This document shows, one piece after another, positions 11,380 through 23,759 of a stretch of DNA of 64,000 nt. Source of the stretch: Psilocybe cubensis (taxonomy: Eukaryota). Made by a program: the position numbers and the translations under genes. The notes beneath the pieces were generated by a model, which worked only from the letters and a program-made list of their open reading frames with translations, did no database searches and had not been told where the DNA came from. Position 1 is the first letter of the stretch, and each line of letters opens with the position of its first letter. The stretch spans positions 3,100,001-3,164,000 of the forward strand of contig CM039005.1 of NCBI GenBank assembly GCA_017499595.2, written 5' to 3'.

Positions 11380-13008
11380 TATCATACCCCAATCCTGATT
11401 GGAGATGAGATGTTCATTTTGGATCTACACACGACGCCCTCAACCCAAGCAGTCATTCTTTCCATAAGTCATCCACACATCTTATCTTATCAACACTTGT
11501 CACATGGAAGCCACGTTATTCCGGATCATGTCACTTCGTCAGATCATCAAGGCTATGCGACGGATCAGTCAACCATCAAACTGCATAGCTTTCTACACTG
11601 CCTTGCACAGCCGGACTGTCAACTCTATTTTTATCAATTCAATGGTCTTACTCAGCGTCAGGCTGCGGATTACTCATTCCAACTTATTTTTGGTTTGTCT
11701 TACTCATCCTTTTGTGTTTATTTATATCTTTTCTATTGTCTATTGCGCTTTTATTGTCTTTGTCTTACCAATCTTCTATGCTTTCTGACTCATCCTTGCT
11801 TCTTTTATCTAATCTGTATTACCATTCACCTTCGTCATACACTTCTTTCTTACTCATCCTATTCATTTCTTATCTGTCGTCGTGTCGATATTGACATGTC
11901 TTATTGTTCTTGCTTATTGTTACACTTGCGTAGCCTCATTCTTGACACTTTGTACAGTATATGACTCGGTTTTCAGTAGCTTAGATTGGTATTTCGTTCA
12001 CGTAGCTTTTAGTATAAAAGCTGTAGTAGAATTACACGAAATGATAGGAAAGTTACACCCAGTCCCCACTTTCTTCAAAGCAAGTCAATTTTCATCTAAG
12101 TCAAGTCAATTTCAAGTCAATCCACATCGATTCATTTCAATTCCAAGCTCAAGTTCAAGCCAAGCCCAAACCCAAGTCCAATTCAGTCATCAGTTCCACC
12201 CTCCGTCGAGACCAAGTTTACTTCCATTCATCCGAAGTCATCTCGCTTTCCATTAAGAGAGGATTTCATCCGAGACCAGTCATCCTCCTCATCCAACGCC
12301 TCTTCTTCTCAGCATTGAATATCCAACTTCTATCCAGACCTCCAGTACTTCCCTACTTCCTCTCCTCCATTCAATCCGTCACCGCTCCTACTCTTTCTAC
12401 ACCTTCCAACCATCGCCGTTAGGAGTGTATTCAAGACATCCTTTCCCTCCGTCAACTCATCTGGAGCGATTTCATTCGAGACAGACTTAGTCTTTCATCC
12501 TCGATTCAGTCAATACTCCTGCGACGTATAGCTTCATTCCAAGCTTCAGAAAGATTGTCAATTTAAAGACACTTTCACCATTCTTCAAGATTCAGCCCGT
12601 TAACGACATTCCGACTCCTAGTCATCTTCTTATCTCCCCTCGGAACGTTCCCCACTCACTTCAGACAACCCCTCTAAGATTCACATTTATTGATTTCTCA
12701 TACGCAATCTACGCATCTTCTTCACGCTTTCCATATACACCCGCCATCCAATTCCACGGTTCCATCCCATTTTCGGAAGGCTTATTTACTATCGTACCCA
12801 GACGACCCGGTTATCCTCTTCTTACTATTTCGCTTTCATTACCCTTCACAATCCACACCATCCTAATCTACTTAAATCCTAGGCAGAGTCCTCCCTTAAG
12901 AAACTTAGGAGAAGGTTTCGTCCTATCCAGTCTGGACCACTCTTTCCCTGGGGTTTGTGTTTGTTGGATTACATATAGTTTATAACCAATCACAAACTTC
13001 GATCTTCA
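11380..13008 (+). repeat. 3' LTR
   Basis: Direct repeat of 1588-3216, followed by the TSD ACGT. Confidence 0.97.
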
Positions 13009-13012
13009 ACGT

Positions 13013-13954
13013 TAAAATGAACTTTGGCCAGGCAGAACGTGTTGGTTATAAGAAACACATCATACCTATCTTTGGAAGCTTCCTCCACAGGTGCTACTGT
13101 GAGTTTGTCAAAACACATCTATTGTTCTATTTATCTTACTACTATTTCATTACATGGTGTTCAGCTAAAGAAGACTGTCAATCCCGTTCGCTTCCAGAAG
13201 AGGAAGGACTGCTGCCAATGGCAGACCTTCAATTCGATGAGGCAAACGCGACAGTTCATACTCTTGCTGATGGGAACCAAAGTTCAGAGGCATCCGGCAC
13301 CGGAGCCATAGTCACCGAAGACGTTGCGTCCACGTCACCTTTGCGCTTGGCGGCGGCAGATGATCGTGCGGATCACAACCCTTTCCCTGTCGACCTTGCA
13401 TCCGACGATGAGGGTAACGGTGGTGCAGATGAGCCACATTCACGTGGCCCCTCACCAGCTCTCTCGCTTCCCGTCAGTAGGCCACCATCCCCCCCACAAC
13501 AACCTCCCTCTGCTGCGCAAGTCTCATCGGAGCAGCCCTCGTCAGCATTGAACACACGTGTGGAATCACCAAGCAGTCAAGTTGCCGCCTCCTCTGCGGC
13601 GAAGGGTGTCACCAAGGCCAAGAAAGGGAGGAAGAAGGCCAAGCCCACTGTTTCAAAGGTGGACCGTCCAAAGCACAAGGCTGCCGCTGCGACAGCTGAT
13701 TCAACCTCTGCTGGTGGTGCTCCGCCTCCTAAAAAGAAAACAAAGCATTCGTAAGAATTAGTTTATATAATTCCACTAAAAGCAGACTAATTATACTTTC
13801 TATTTGCAGCTGGCATTACGAGGATGAATTTGGACGTCTCGTCGACAAAGAAGGACGTCGTATTGACGCCAAGGGAAATATTATTCCGCCTGAGCGCCTT
13901 GATGCTTTTGGGAACGAGATTGTCACAGGAGTTGAGGGGAGTGTGCCGATGTAG
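13013..13954 (+). pseudogene. 3' part of the gene interrupted by the retrotransposon
   Basis: Removing the element and one ACGT restores ...GVTSGD-V-KMNFGQAERVGYKKHIIPIFGSFLHRCY in frame; later exons are Pro/Ser/Lys-rich; last exon 13811-13954 ends ...EGSVPM-TAG. Confidence 0.8.
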
Positions 13955-14299
13955 TTCTTGTATGAGTACATGTTGTAGATTTTTTGTTGTTGCCAATGTG
14001 AAATTTTGTTGAGATTATAATGAAAAGTGTGTTTCATTAGGCTCGACTAAGGTCTAATAAGGTCCACTTGTTTCATTCAATTGATTTCAATGGTATATAA
14101 CGCCCAATGGTTTAATACAACTCGGGGAAGCAGAACATTAACATGATTATTCTAAATAATGCACTGAATCCTTTCCATGCCTATCCCATACCAGTACTCT
14201 GGGACCTCTCGTCGAGGAGACATCAACTCCATGACAAAACATGGCCCTCCAGAAACCAATCAGCCCTTGACATTGACGGCGGCGGGGCAGCATGCGGAA

Positions 14300-15220
14300 G
14301 CGCTTTCACGCATCAGCGTCGATCAGATGAACGGACCCGTGTGTGCCACGCGTGTATCTAATTATAGTGGATCCATCCATGATCCGTTGATTTAATCCGG
14401 AAGCTGTGCAGAGTTAATAGGAGTTAATGCAACGTCATCCAGATTTGACCCGCCCAATCCATCCCGCCCAGTGCCCGTACCTGCGAGAAAACGACCACGG
14501 CATAATCTGCTCGTCGAGGCGACCCCGACGCATTTTCGCTGCCCAAAACGGTGGCGCGGACGGCGAGCAACCCTGGTTTTGAAGGCGTGGGGGCGATGCG
14601 CTTTCACGCATCATTCCCATCAGTGTTGATCGGATGAACGGACCCGTGTGCGCCACGGGTGTATCTAATTATAGTGCATCCGTCTATGATCCGTCGATTT
14701 AATCCGGAAGGTGCGCACAAGTAATGCAAACGTCATCCAGAGTCGACCCGCCCAATCCATCCCGCCCCCTACCCGTACCAAGGCGCAAACGACGGCATCG
14801 TAATCTGCTCGTCGCGGCGATCCCGACGCATTTTGTCCCGCCAAAATTCGCCGACCAGACGACGAGCAACCCCTGGTTTTGAAGGCGCGGGGGCGTGCAG
14901 GCTGCGTCCAACGGTATCGGTGCGCGACGCGCGCGACGCGGCATGATGATCATTTTGATCATCATTCCCATCAATGAAGGATTGGCCTGGATCGGCCCAT
15001 GAATTTGCACGCGTGTAACTAATACATCCGTGACAACCCCTGTACCTAAAACGGAAGGCGCGCAGAATTAATGCTGGGCGTCATCCAGAGTCGACCCGCC
15101 CAATCCATCCCGCCCAGTGCCCGTACCCGCGCGCAAACGACGCCGACGCAATCTGCTCGTCGAGGCGGTCCCGACGAATTTTTTCCCGCCAAAATCGGCC
15201 GCCCGGACGATGAGCAACGC
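14300..15220. repeat. Three diverged ~300-bp GC-rich tandem units
   Basis: Units start near 14300, 14599 and ~14960 and share CGTCATCCAGA...GACCCGCCCAATCCATCCCGCCC...CCCGTACC...AATCTGCTCGTCG...CCCGACG. Confidence 0.9.
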
Positions 15221-15332
15221 ATTTTTCGCGCCCTCGGGGGCCCCGCTCGCTGTTGTTGACGTTTTGTTTGGTCGTATTGTTCATACCCCTGGCTAACCGC
15301 GTGCCGCACAGGTGAACACATCAAATGTGGCA

Positions 15333-15387
15333 CCTGGCAGTTGCCTCCATAGATATATACCATACACCTGGCAACTGCCAGGGTATG
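15333..15387. repeat. Perfect 13-bp inverted repeat plus an overlapping hairpin
   Basis: CCTGGCAGTTGCC (15333-15345) and GGCAACTGCCAGG (15370-15382); alternative stem CATAC-a-CCTGGCA/TGCCAGG-GTATG (15361-15387). Confidence 0.85.
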
Positions 15388-15408
15388 AAGGTTTCAAAGG
15401 GCCACTAG

Positions 15409-18400
15409 AGGTGTCGCAGCATTGCTCATGAGGCCGAGTCCCGATCGCACGAAGTTGAAGACAAGCTCTTTGCTGGAGTAAGCGTTCAGATTATCTGTTA
15501 TTTGCAAAAATGCTAAATATCTTACTAGGTTATGGATTTCAGTCAAGCTGAACGAAATGGATTTATTAATGCATTTATTCATTTCTGGGAAACACGTCCT
15601 GGAAATTCACGCACTACGTCCGAGCTTCAGCATGCTGCTGAACGCTTGCTCAAGGGATGCAGAGAACATTACCGTGCTGGAGTTACTCGCATTAGTCGAA
15701 TTTCCGGATTAATTCCTCCAGAACAAAGTGAAGAATTCAAATCACGCGCAATAGGACTTGTTTCTTTGCCGGATTCTACAGCCTTTCTAGACGAATCCTC
15801 GCTTCTTGTCAATGACTTTCCAAAATTAGCTCCCTGGATGGAATGGTGGACTCGTCCCGCCCACGCGTCCATGCTTTTTGAGTCAGCTAGAGTTATGGAT
15901 ATAGATTTGTGGAAATCTCTTCCAGACACAAACAATGCCGAAGAAGCCATGCACTGGAAGCTTTACTCTACATGTGGCCGAAATCATGAACTTATGGAAG
16001 GTCTTTATGCGTTACGCGGAGTTGCATTCTATTTCAAACGTTTATATGATGGTGCAAAACGTAAGTTGGCCGCTCCTTAATGTGTGCTTTGGTTCTAATT
16101 TATGTATTGTAACTTTTAGAGGGTATAAAGATCCGATATGGGCAACCAGAGCCATGGAAGCTCGTATCTGCAAAACTGGGATTCACCAAACCATCTCGGA
16201 ATCGCGATTCAGCCCAAGGCAAGAAGAAAAAAAATGATGGTCGTCCTCCTGACACGATTAAGGAGCTTTTAAATAAGCCCTCTGCACGCAAACGAAAAAA
16301 GGAAGCCTCTGTAGAAGACTCGAATCAGCAATCCAATGCAGAACCGCCATCCAAACGGCCAAAAAAATTGAAACTGAAGCCTTCTCTACAAACTCCGTCC
16401 ACACTTTCAAGATCAAAGCCATTGAAATCTGTGCTCAAGAATGGTCCATCTTCACAAGCGCTTTCTGCACGCTCACGGGCGCCTAAAAAAACCAAGCCAA
16501 TCAAATCGGATTTGAAGAAGATCTCGATACTTCAAGCACCACAGAATATAGTCTCGTATCCCTGGTCGCAAAATTCATGTTGGCTGGATACATCATTACA
16601 GTTGCTCTATGCATTGTTTGAGGAATCACCACCCGAGTTTCTTTTGATCTTCGACAAGCTTCCTGCTGATTCACCCCTGAAGGCACTATATACTATGCTT
16701 CATACGCGATACGAAATGGAATGCGAGGACAAAGCTACAAAAATGCACTCGAAAAGTCTAGGAAGTCTTTGTGACAAATACCGGCTACTTTTATTCAAGC
16801 ACAAAATTATCAATTCCTTAGATGGCTGTGACGCACTTCTAGTACGTTGTTTAGGTTTATGCATCCATTTTATTTGGCTTACATTGGAAATATAGTCATG
16901 GTTATCAGAACTTGTGCTCAAGGAAGATATCTCAAATTCATACAGAATCGTTGGTGCGCTAGCAACGCACCTCATGTCAATCAACATCTGTTCAGGATCT
17001 GGGGCTTCTGGAGGCCCTCATATACAAATCGACTCGGTTCCGAAACGCAAACCCTATTTGGTTTTCACTTCGTTGACCCATGCCAAATTTCAAGGAAGTC
17101 TTTCAGTCGCATTTGAAGACTTCATCTCGCTTGACAAGGAGCCAACCATATCATCTACATCAGAGCTATTCGAAGACGGGCATGAAGAACATATTCTAAT
17201 GGATAAATGCTGGCGTTCACAGGAGGGAAATGTTCTCTGCTCTGGAAAAAGGCATGATGTTCATAATCTGGTCGTTTCACTTCCAGTTATCTTGATGCTT
17301 GTTTTTACAAATGACGCATCGGACATGCGTAATGATGATTCTACTGTCGACACCTGGGATATTCCTTCTGTTTTAAAACCTGACACTGTCAACAAAAATG
17401 GGCCTCTATATGATCTATCTGGTCTTGCTCTCTATAACCGAGCTACTAACCATTTTATATCTCGCTTCTCTTCCAACAATACAATCTACACCTATGATGG
17501 GATGAAAAATAACGGGTACTGCATTGAAGAAATCAATGCTACCATGGAATCCCACATGTCTGGACGCTATCCGCAGCTCCCAGATGGGTTTGTGGTGTAT
17601 TCTGCCTTCTATATGCTTCGTGGTGGCCTCTCATCACAACAATCATTATTCAAACAGCGAATGCAGACAATCTCGACAAGATTTCATATAAATGCTACTG
17701 TGGATAGTCTTGAAATGCGTCCAACCTTCACCTACGAGTCCAGCAATATGGTGGCTATGAATCCAGCCAGTAGAACCTGGTTCAATAACCCGTATAGCCA
17801 GCAAACCCTGGAATATGTCTCAAGAGTCTCCACTATTTCGCTTCCCTCGCACTGGAATATTCGCCCGATTCAACATGGTGATAATGAAGATCAATATGAA
17901 TCCGAAGAGGAGACAACTCACCATGTTACTATGCGCTCTATTTCCCCTGCGCTCTCTATTTCTTCAAAGCCAGACTCTGATTTCTCACTCAATTGTCGCT
18001 GCGGGATTACTGGAGATGGAAACAAGTACTATCTAGACGACATATATGGACGTGCCGTTCAATGCAACAAGTGTAAAGACTGGTCGCATATAGCCTGTCA
18101 GCGTGATGGAAGGGCAAGTTGCCTTGCAGAAAAAGAACCCTTTATCTGCGATAACTGTGACATTCATCAAAAACTGTCCCGGGGTACTCGCGTCTCTGCA
18201 CGGATGTAAGTTCTATATCACTATAACACAGCAGATTGCTTACCAATTCTTTTAACTTAGCCACAATATTGCAAAGCGGGTAGAAACAGAAAAGCCATTA
18301 TCGGAAAGACTTATGTGCGTGAGATTAAACTAATCATGGAATAAAATTAACCATTACTCATAGAGCCGGACGAGGAGCTCTTGCACGCCATGGAGAATTC

Positions 18401-19469
18401 TGGTACCCTGTGCGGCTTATTCAGAAATTGGAAGCAGGCTGGCGTGTTAAATGGTGGCATAAAAATGAGTATTTCACACCAGGAATTGAAGTTGGGGACA
18501 TTACAGTAGTCCCTGTTTCTGATATCCGTGATTCTCTCTGGAAGGACCGTGCTGGACGCCGAGAAATTAGGGTGAGTGGTCTAATCTACATCTAATTGTC
18601 GAGATATATGTAACGTATCTTGCAAATCAGCTTGGAAAATGGACCCGATCTGACCTCGTTGAAGATGCTGAAGACATCCTGTCTAACCCAATGTCAATTC
18701 CGTTCACCAAAGAGATGAATGCCATCCTCTCGCCTTATATACCCGTTCTGCAAAAACTTTTATTGGGTGAGAAGACCGGAAAACATCATATTCCTGCTAG
18801 AAATTGGCTTGAAGATACCGGAAAGGACCCCATAAAGACGATAATTCAATATTGCGGCTCACTTTCAATCACCGAGCAGGCACAAATTGGAAACTGGGTC
18901 GAGCGAAGAGTTTGTGATGGTCAAAAAAATCTACGAATCTACTGGGCAAGCCGTCTACCACTCGCACACACGTATACGATTTATATTGCGCATCGCCTCA
19001 AGACAAACCCAAAATATAACAATCTCAGCGAAGATCTGCTTCTTGACGAGGCTTGGAAAGCACAAAAAAATGATATACCTTGCCCGATCCGAACACTGGA
19101 TGTTGACTTAGAGGCGTTGGCATCGTTGGAAGAGGAGATGTTTGAGGTTTCAAGCCGCGCCGGACTTGCAGGTAATTATCAGTGGGGTCTGGATGCTGGA
19201 GAGCCGCAAGGTTGGTTTCCATATGCAGGAGTTCCCGATTATTACAACCATGGCGACATTGAGATAGACAGTGACGAAGGAATGGTATGTTTATCTTTTA
19301 CTATTGCTAATATTCAATCTCAAAAATATTCGCTCAGACTGGCCCAAACTTTGTGAAATTTATACAACCCACCGAGCCAAAACTAGTAGAAGAGAAGAGA
19401 ATCCTTAGGCCACGACCTATCCCGGAAAATAGGACCGCAGCAAAGGCAGCGAAGTCAAAAACAAAGTAA
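15409..19469 (+). CDS. 5'-truncated multi-exon Mutator-like (MULE) transposase fused to USP/C19-like cysteine protease, PHD finger and Tudor-like module
   Basis: MDFSQAE (D), GCREH (CxxH), TNNAEEAMH (E); protease Cys box WSQNSCWLD and His/Asp box NHFISRF...YTYDGM; PHD CRCG...CNKCKDWSHIAC...CDNC; GRGALARHGEFWYPVRLIQ...WRVKWW; about 8 exons joined by GT-AG introns; stop TAA at 19467-19469; no ATG or N-terminal half in view. Confidence 0.8.
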
Positions 19470-19574
19470 TAGTATTCAATTTAGTAGGTACTACATTGAT
19501 TAGCTACGTACATGTCATGTATATCAAGTACAAGACGCTATGTACTACATAACAGCCTGCACGCTTGCGTTTTT

Positions 19575-19819
19575 TTTTTGGTTGCACTTGCGTGTGCATT
19601 ATACTGCACTTGCGCGCACACTGCACTGCACTTGCGTGCACACTGCACTGCACTTGCGCGCACACTGCACTGCACTTGCGTGTGCACTGCACTGCACTTG
19701 CGTGTGCACTTGCATGCACTCGCATGCACTTGCACTGCACTGCAGCACAGCCACCGTGCACTTGCATTTGCACGTTTTGCACTTGCGCACTTACGCTGCA
19801 CTTATTTTTTCCTATGCCC
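19575..19819. mobile_element. Right end of the MULE: (CACTG/CACTTGCG)n subterminal array and ...CCTATGCCC terminus
   Basis: Degenerate pentamer/22-mer array right after the transposase gene; reverse-complement terminus GGGCATAGGAAA resembles the termini GGGCACCAGGAAA and GGGCATACAGAAA of the element at 21855-23759. Confidence 0.7.
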
Positions 19820-21854
19820 CATGGAAAGTTACGACAGAGAGGATGATCCTGTCCTTGATATAGCGCCGCAGTATATTCCAGTCGAGGCAGATTGATGAAG
19901 CGCTGTTTTCATCATAGTCGATAGAGGGAGTTCCTGATGTTATTCGATTGTATGTATCTTCGACCCACGGTTGTCCGTTATAGCTCGTCGTTCTTGGCAA
20001 TCAAGTCATCGGAAACACTACTGAACCCAAGTCCCTTTGGCAAAATGAAGTGCAAAGAGGGTCACGTCGCCTAGTTCTCTGCGACTGCTTTGCAATTTGC
20101 GATGGGAGGGGACGACGTTGGTACCAGAACAGCAGTTACCAAGAAGGTAATCGAAATAGACTGGAGAAATGCCAATGAGGAAGTCATACTGGGATCGTTT
20201 GAAGTGTATGCACAGCGCGTGCTGCCCAAGAAGTAGAAATTGCGGAATGTCGAGGCGGTAGAGAGCATATATGATCACCATCATCACTACAGAGGCCAAG
20301 TCTAGCTGTGATTCATGTTTGCAAATCTGTAAAACACAACCCATATCTCATCAATAAGCTTTTCAGGCGCACCTGAATCCAAGAAAAAGAGGACCTGGGG
20401 CGTGTAAGAGAGTAAACCACACCCACAGGGAAATCCATAGCTATTCCCCAGAACTAGAGCGTGAAAAGAGTGTTCCCAAGTTCATCTGTGCATTTCAAAC
20501 ACCGATATGTGCGCCAAAAACACCACAAGACCGCACAGAGCAGGAGTGCAATTGATCAAATAAGCATACACATCCTTTGGATGATAAGCCAAAGAATTGC
20601 GCCCCATATATATCCTTCGAAAAGCAGAATAGATGTAAAAGAGGCGACTTCTCACCGCTCAGTGATCCTTGGAGCGAATGGAGATATATATAAACCGAAT
20701 AGTAAGGAAAGGATAAGGATAGGAAACACAAGGAAATGTTGCAAAGCTCACTCTTGCTCGGGCTAGGGGCACGTCGAACTATGCTGAACCCACTTTACAT
20801 GTCATAGGCCTCATCTCCAATCATTACTGCACAATTCAGACAGCTATGCAGAGAAATTTCCTTTCTGGAACACCCAACAATAGACTGGCATTTTAACCCT
20901 CGTATTGACCGCGCACCAGACCCAACGCCCGTTTTCAGCATGTCCTATATCGAATTACCTTTGTCCGTAGCTAAAGTAAGAACCTGAACATCGCTTAGGG
21001 CATGCATGAGGATTTAAATCTTACCTGTATAAATTGGGTTCAACGCCGCGAAAAGTGTAAGAAAAGGAGTTGAAAAGACAAGCAACGTTTCGCGAGTTCA
21101 GCGTTTCGCGAGTAGATGTGATCGTTTCTGTCAGCCGGCGTCACTTCATGCCGGACATGCTTTCAATCTGCTCGCAGTCGCTCTTCCACCAACATCATGA
21201 TTTGCTTTCTTGGCGCTTGAATGTTTCTTGTTGGGGTTTTTCTCGTTGTTCACGGCGATTGGATGAGGTGGTGGCGGGAGAACAGAAAATAACTTTTATT
21301 TGGTCGTGTTTGTTTGCAGGGTGTAGTAGGGCCGGGTAGGCCGGTAACCCGAGAAGACGATTCAGGGTCCAGCGCGTTCAAATCAGTGAGATCAACTTGA
21401 ACCGACTACTACCACTAATACTAATAGTAACCCGAGTGCTGTTTTTCTCTTCACATGCCCATAGAACCCTCCCGACAGAGAATCGCCTCTCTTCAGGCCA
21501 ACTGTTGAGGTTATTTAATGCCCTGTCATGAAAGATAATAGCGGGAAAGGATAAGAACGGTGCTCGTGGAAGTCTTTTGTAATCTCCTTATCACTGGATG
21601 CTTAACGTTTCATGTTGTTGACCTATTTAGCTGGTTCTTGTTCGCCTCCACTACCAACTCCTCTTCCAGTTCTGCTGTCCAAGTCGGGGCTCCTCCTGTT
21701 CGTGTACGTTTGGGCCATACATGTCCGCTTTCTTTTGGCTAACTGGGAAAGTGTCTCAGTGTTCCAATTTTCTGCAATTATGTAGTTGCTCAGCATCAAG
21801 TACACTGCCTATTAGAACTCGGAACGCCTGACAGAAATGGTATCGGTGGTACAA

Positions 21855-23759
21855 GGGCACCAGGAAATCAGCGTGGTTAGCCCGCGTGCGACCTATTTTT
21901 GCGTGCCACGCATAAATGCGAATCAGCAAATTTGCGTGTCTTTCACATGACTTTGCGTGCGAAATGCTACATGTTGCGTGTGCATGGAACGTAAACGCGT
22001 GCAGTGTTATTGAGGTAGCGTGCTATTTGCGTGCAAAATTCCGTATAAAACTCACATGAAGAGTAGTGTATAGTAAGCTATTTTCTGCAAGAATTGTAGT
22101 ATGCTACGCATCCAGTTGGACTAAGTAATTAATGGTCATCCTACTTTGTATGACATAATGGTTTTGAAGATGTCCTTATTCTTGCTTTCCAGCCAACCTT
22201 TTGCAGGAACAAGGTTTGAATAAACTTTTTCTGGGTCGCCTAGAAGGTCATACATTTTCTTCTTTGCCGGTGTAAGAGCCTTGTCTACTTCACATGAATA
22301 AAGAGTTGATGATGGATCAGACAGTATATCATTGTCTGTGGGGATCTTCCATGCTTGTTCCCAAATTGACCTGACTTGGATCTCACAAAGTCTGTATCTA
22401 TCACCCCACAAAAAGTCAACTATATTTGATTGACCCACAAATCTCACAGTATCAGGTTTTACTCCAGGATCCTGAATTGGCAACCTCGCCACCAGCGTAT
22501 GCCAAATAAATCCTCGTTGTTCTTCAGATGAATTAAACGAGCGGGATAACAGAATGATCCATGCTTTGCCAAAACTCCTCTTCCTCGTCAAATTCGTTTG
22601 TGTAAAGGCTTCTTTGAAAGAGTAAGATCTTCCATCTCGCTCAAAATAAAGCATTGTCATTTCATAGTGTAAAAAAACTGAGCGTGGAGCTTATACCTGC
22701 ACTCAGAGACTTGTCTGCTATCAGGTAGTGAAACTCGAGGAACAAGACACATAGATCCCAAACAGGAACACAAATGCATACCACAAGATACTCATTTAAC
22801 GAATTCATTGAGTTTCACCTTTTAATTTATTTGAGATCTTTCAAACATTCAACATTAATGCCAAAATCAAAGTTCAATCTATCTAATGGTACATCCGGAC
22901 GTATTTTTGCATTAAACTACCCCAAAACGCATTATTTTGTACTAGCGTGCAAGAATAAACTGCTTGCGGGGCCATCGCGTGCAGATTACAGTTGTTTGCG
23001 TGCCAATTGCACGCACTTAATTGGGTCGCGTGCTATCGCGTGCCGTCGCGTGCCATCGCGTTCTCGTGGGAAAGTGGGTCGCGTGCTGCCTGCGTGGTAA
23101 ATGCGTGCAATTGAGTGCACCTAGCGTGCTGTGGTGTCACGCTGGTGGTCGTTCAACAACATGAATTGCATCCCAAATTGACAAAATTGTTGTTTTTCTC
23201 CAAGTTCACCGTTTGATCGGATATTACCGATCATAAACCGTTGCCGATTTTATTGCCGAATCTTGGTTGCGGAGTCGGAGATTATTGCGAGGCCACGCCG
23301 AGGGACACGGCATACCAAGCCGTCCCACAAGCTCATTGTTTGTATGGCCCCTCTAAACACCAAATTGTTTCATTGAAGTTCTACTGGTTCCGAGAGCCAA
23401 ACACCTACACTTACCATGTATTGTAGACTGTTAAAGACATATATGTTGATTAATTCAAATACAGTATAGACATGTAATAATCTCTACATCCTAACTGCTT
23501 GATATCCGTGGTGGTGGCTGCACATGAAGTTAGTATAATACAAGGGCATACTCACAATACATTATTACACACCAAATAATTATAAATGAACGCTAACGAC
23601 CACTGTTACGTTACAATCCTACGTGTGACACAGCTGTGACATTGCGTGCAGAACATATCAATATGCGTGCAGAACACAGTTGTTGCGCAAAAATGCGTGT
23701 CACGCAGGCACACGCAAAAACGCACGCACGCGAGCAGCCACGCTGATTTCTGTATGCCC
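21855..23759. mobile_element. Non-autonomous MULE derivative (1.9 kb)
   Basis: 9-bp TSD GTGGTACAA at 21846-21854 and 23760-23768; imperfect TIRs GGGCA....GAAATCAGCGTGG...CGCGTGCG; GCGTG-rich subterminal arrays near 21880-22040, 22945-23140 and 23640-23745. Confidence 0.9.
22136..22500 (-). pseudogene. Relic of the C-terminal region of a MULE transposase-fusion gene
   Basis: PGVKPD...IVDFLWGDR...EIQ...DILSDP...VPAKGWLE...KDIFKTIMSY aligns by eye with PGIEVG...IRDSLWKDR...EIR...DILSNP...IPARNWLE...KDPIKTIIQY at 18480-18855. Confidence 0.8.

Larger units (their letters stand above)
1588..13008 (+). mobile_element. Full-length Ty3/Gypsy LTR retrotransposon (~11.4 kb)
   Basis: Two 1629-bp direct LTRs; 4-bp TSD ACGT at 1584-1587 and 13009-13012; PBS; domain order gag-PR-RT-RNaseH-IN. 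Confidence 0.97.

Noticed and set aside
11263..12256. Hydrophobic ORFs overlapping the LTR (also 1618-2464) as a possible env or accessory gene
   Set aside because: T/C-rich low-complexity LTR sequence is open in several frames at once; no signal peptide or env motif. Identity between copies only reflects LTR identity.
14143..15363. Several short ORFs in the 300-bp repeats
   Set aside because: GC-rich repeats with frame-inconsistent indels between units.
19575..19800. CRISPR-like or telomeric array
   Set aside because: No unique spacers, eukaryotic context, not TTAGGG-like; position fits a transposon subterminal repeat.
19504..19895. Cluster of overlapping Cys/His/Ala-rich ORFs on both strands
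   Set aside because: Artefact of the stop-free (CACTG)n array; not a metallothionein or repeat protein.
19830..21050. Minus-strand coding-like remnants
   Set aside because: Interrupted by stops in all frames; no family recognised. Possibly a decayed gene.
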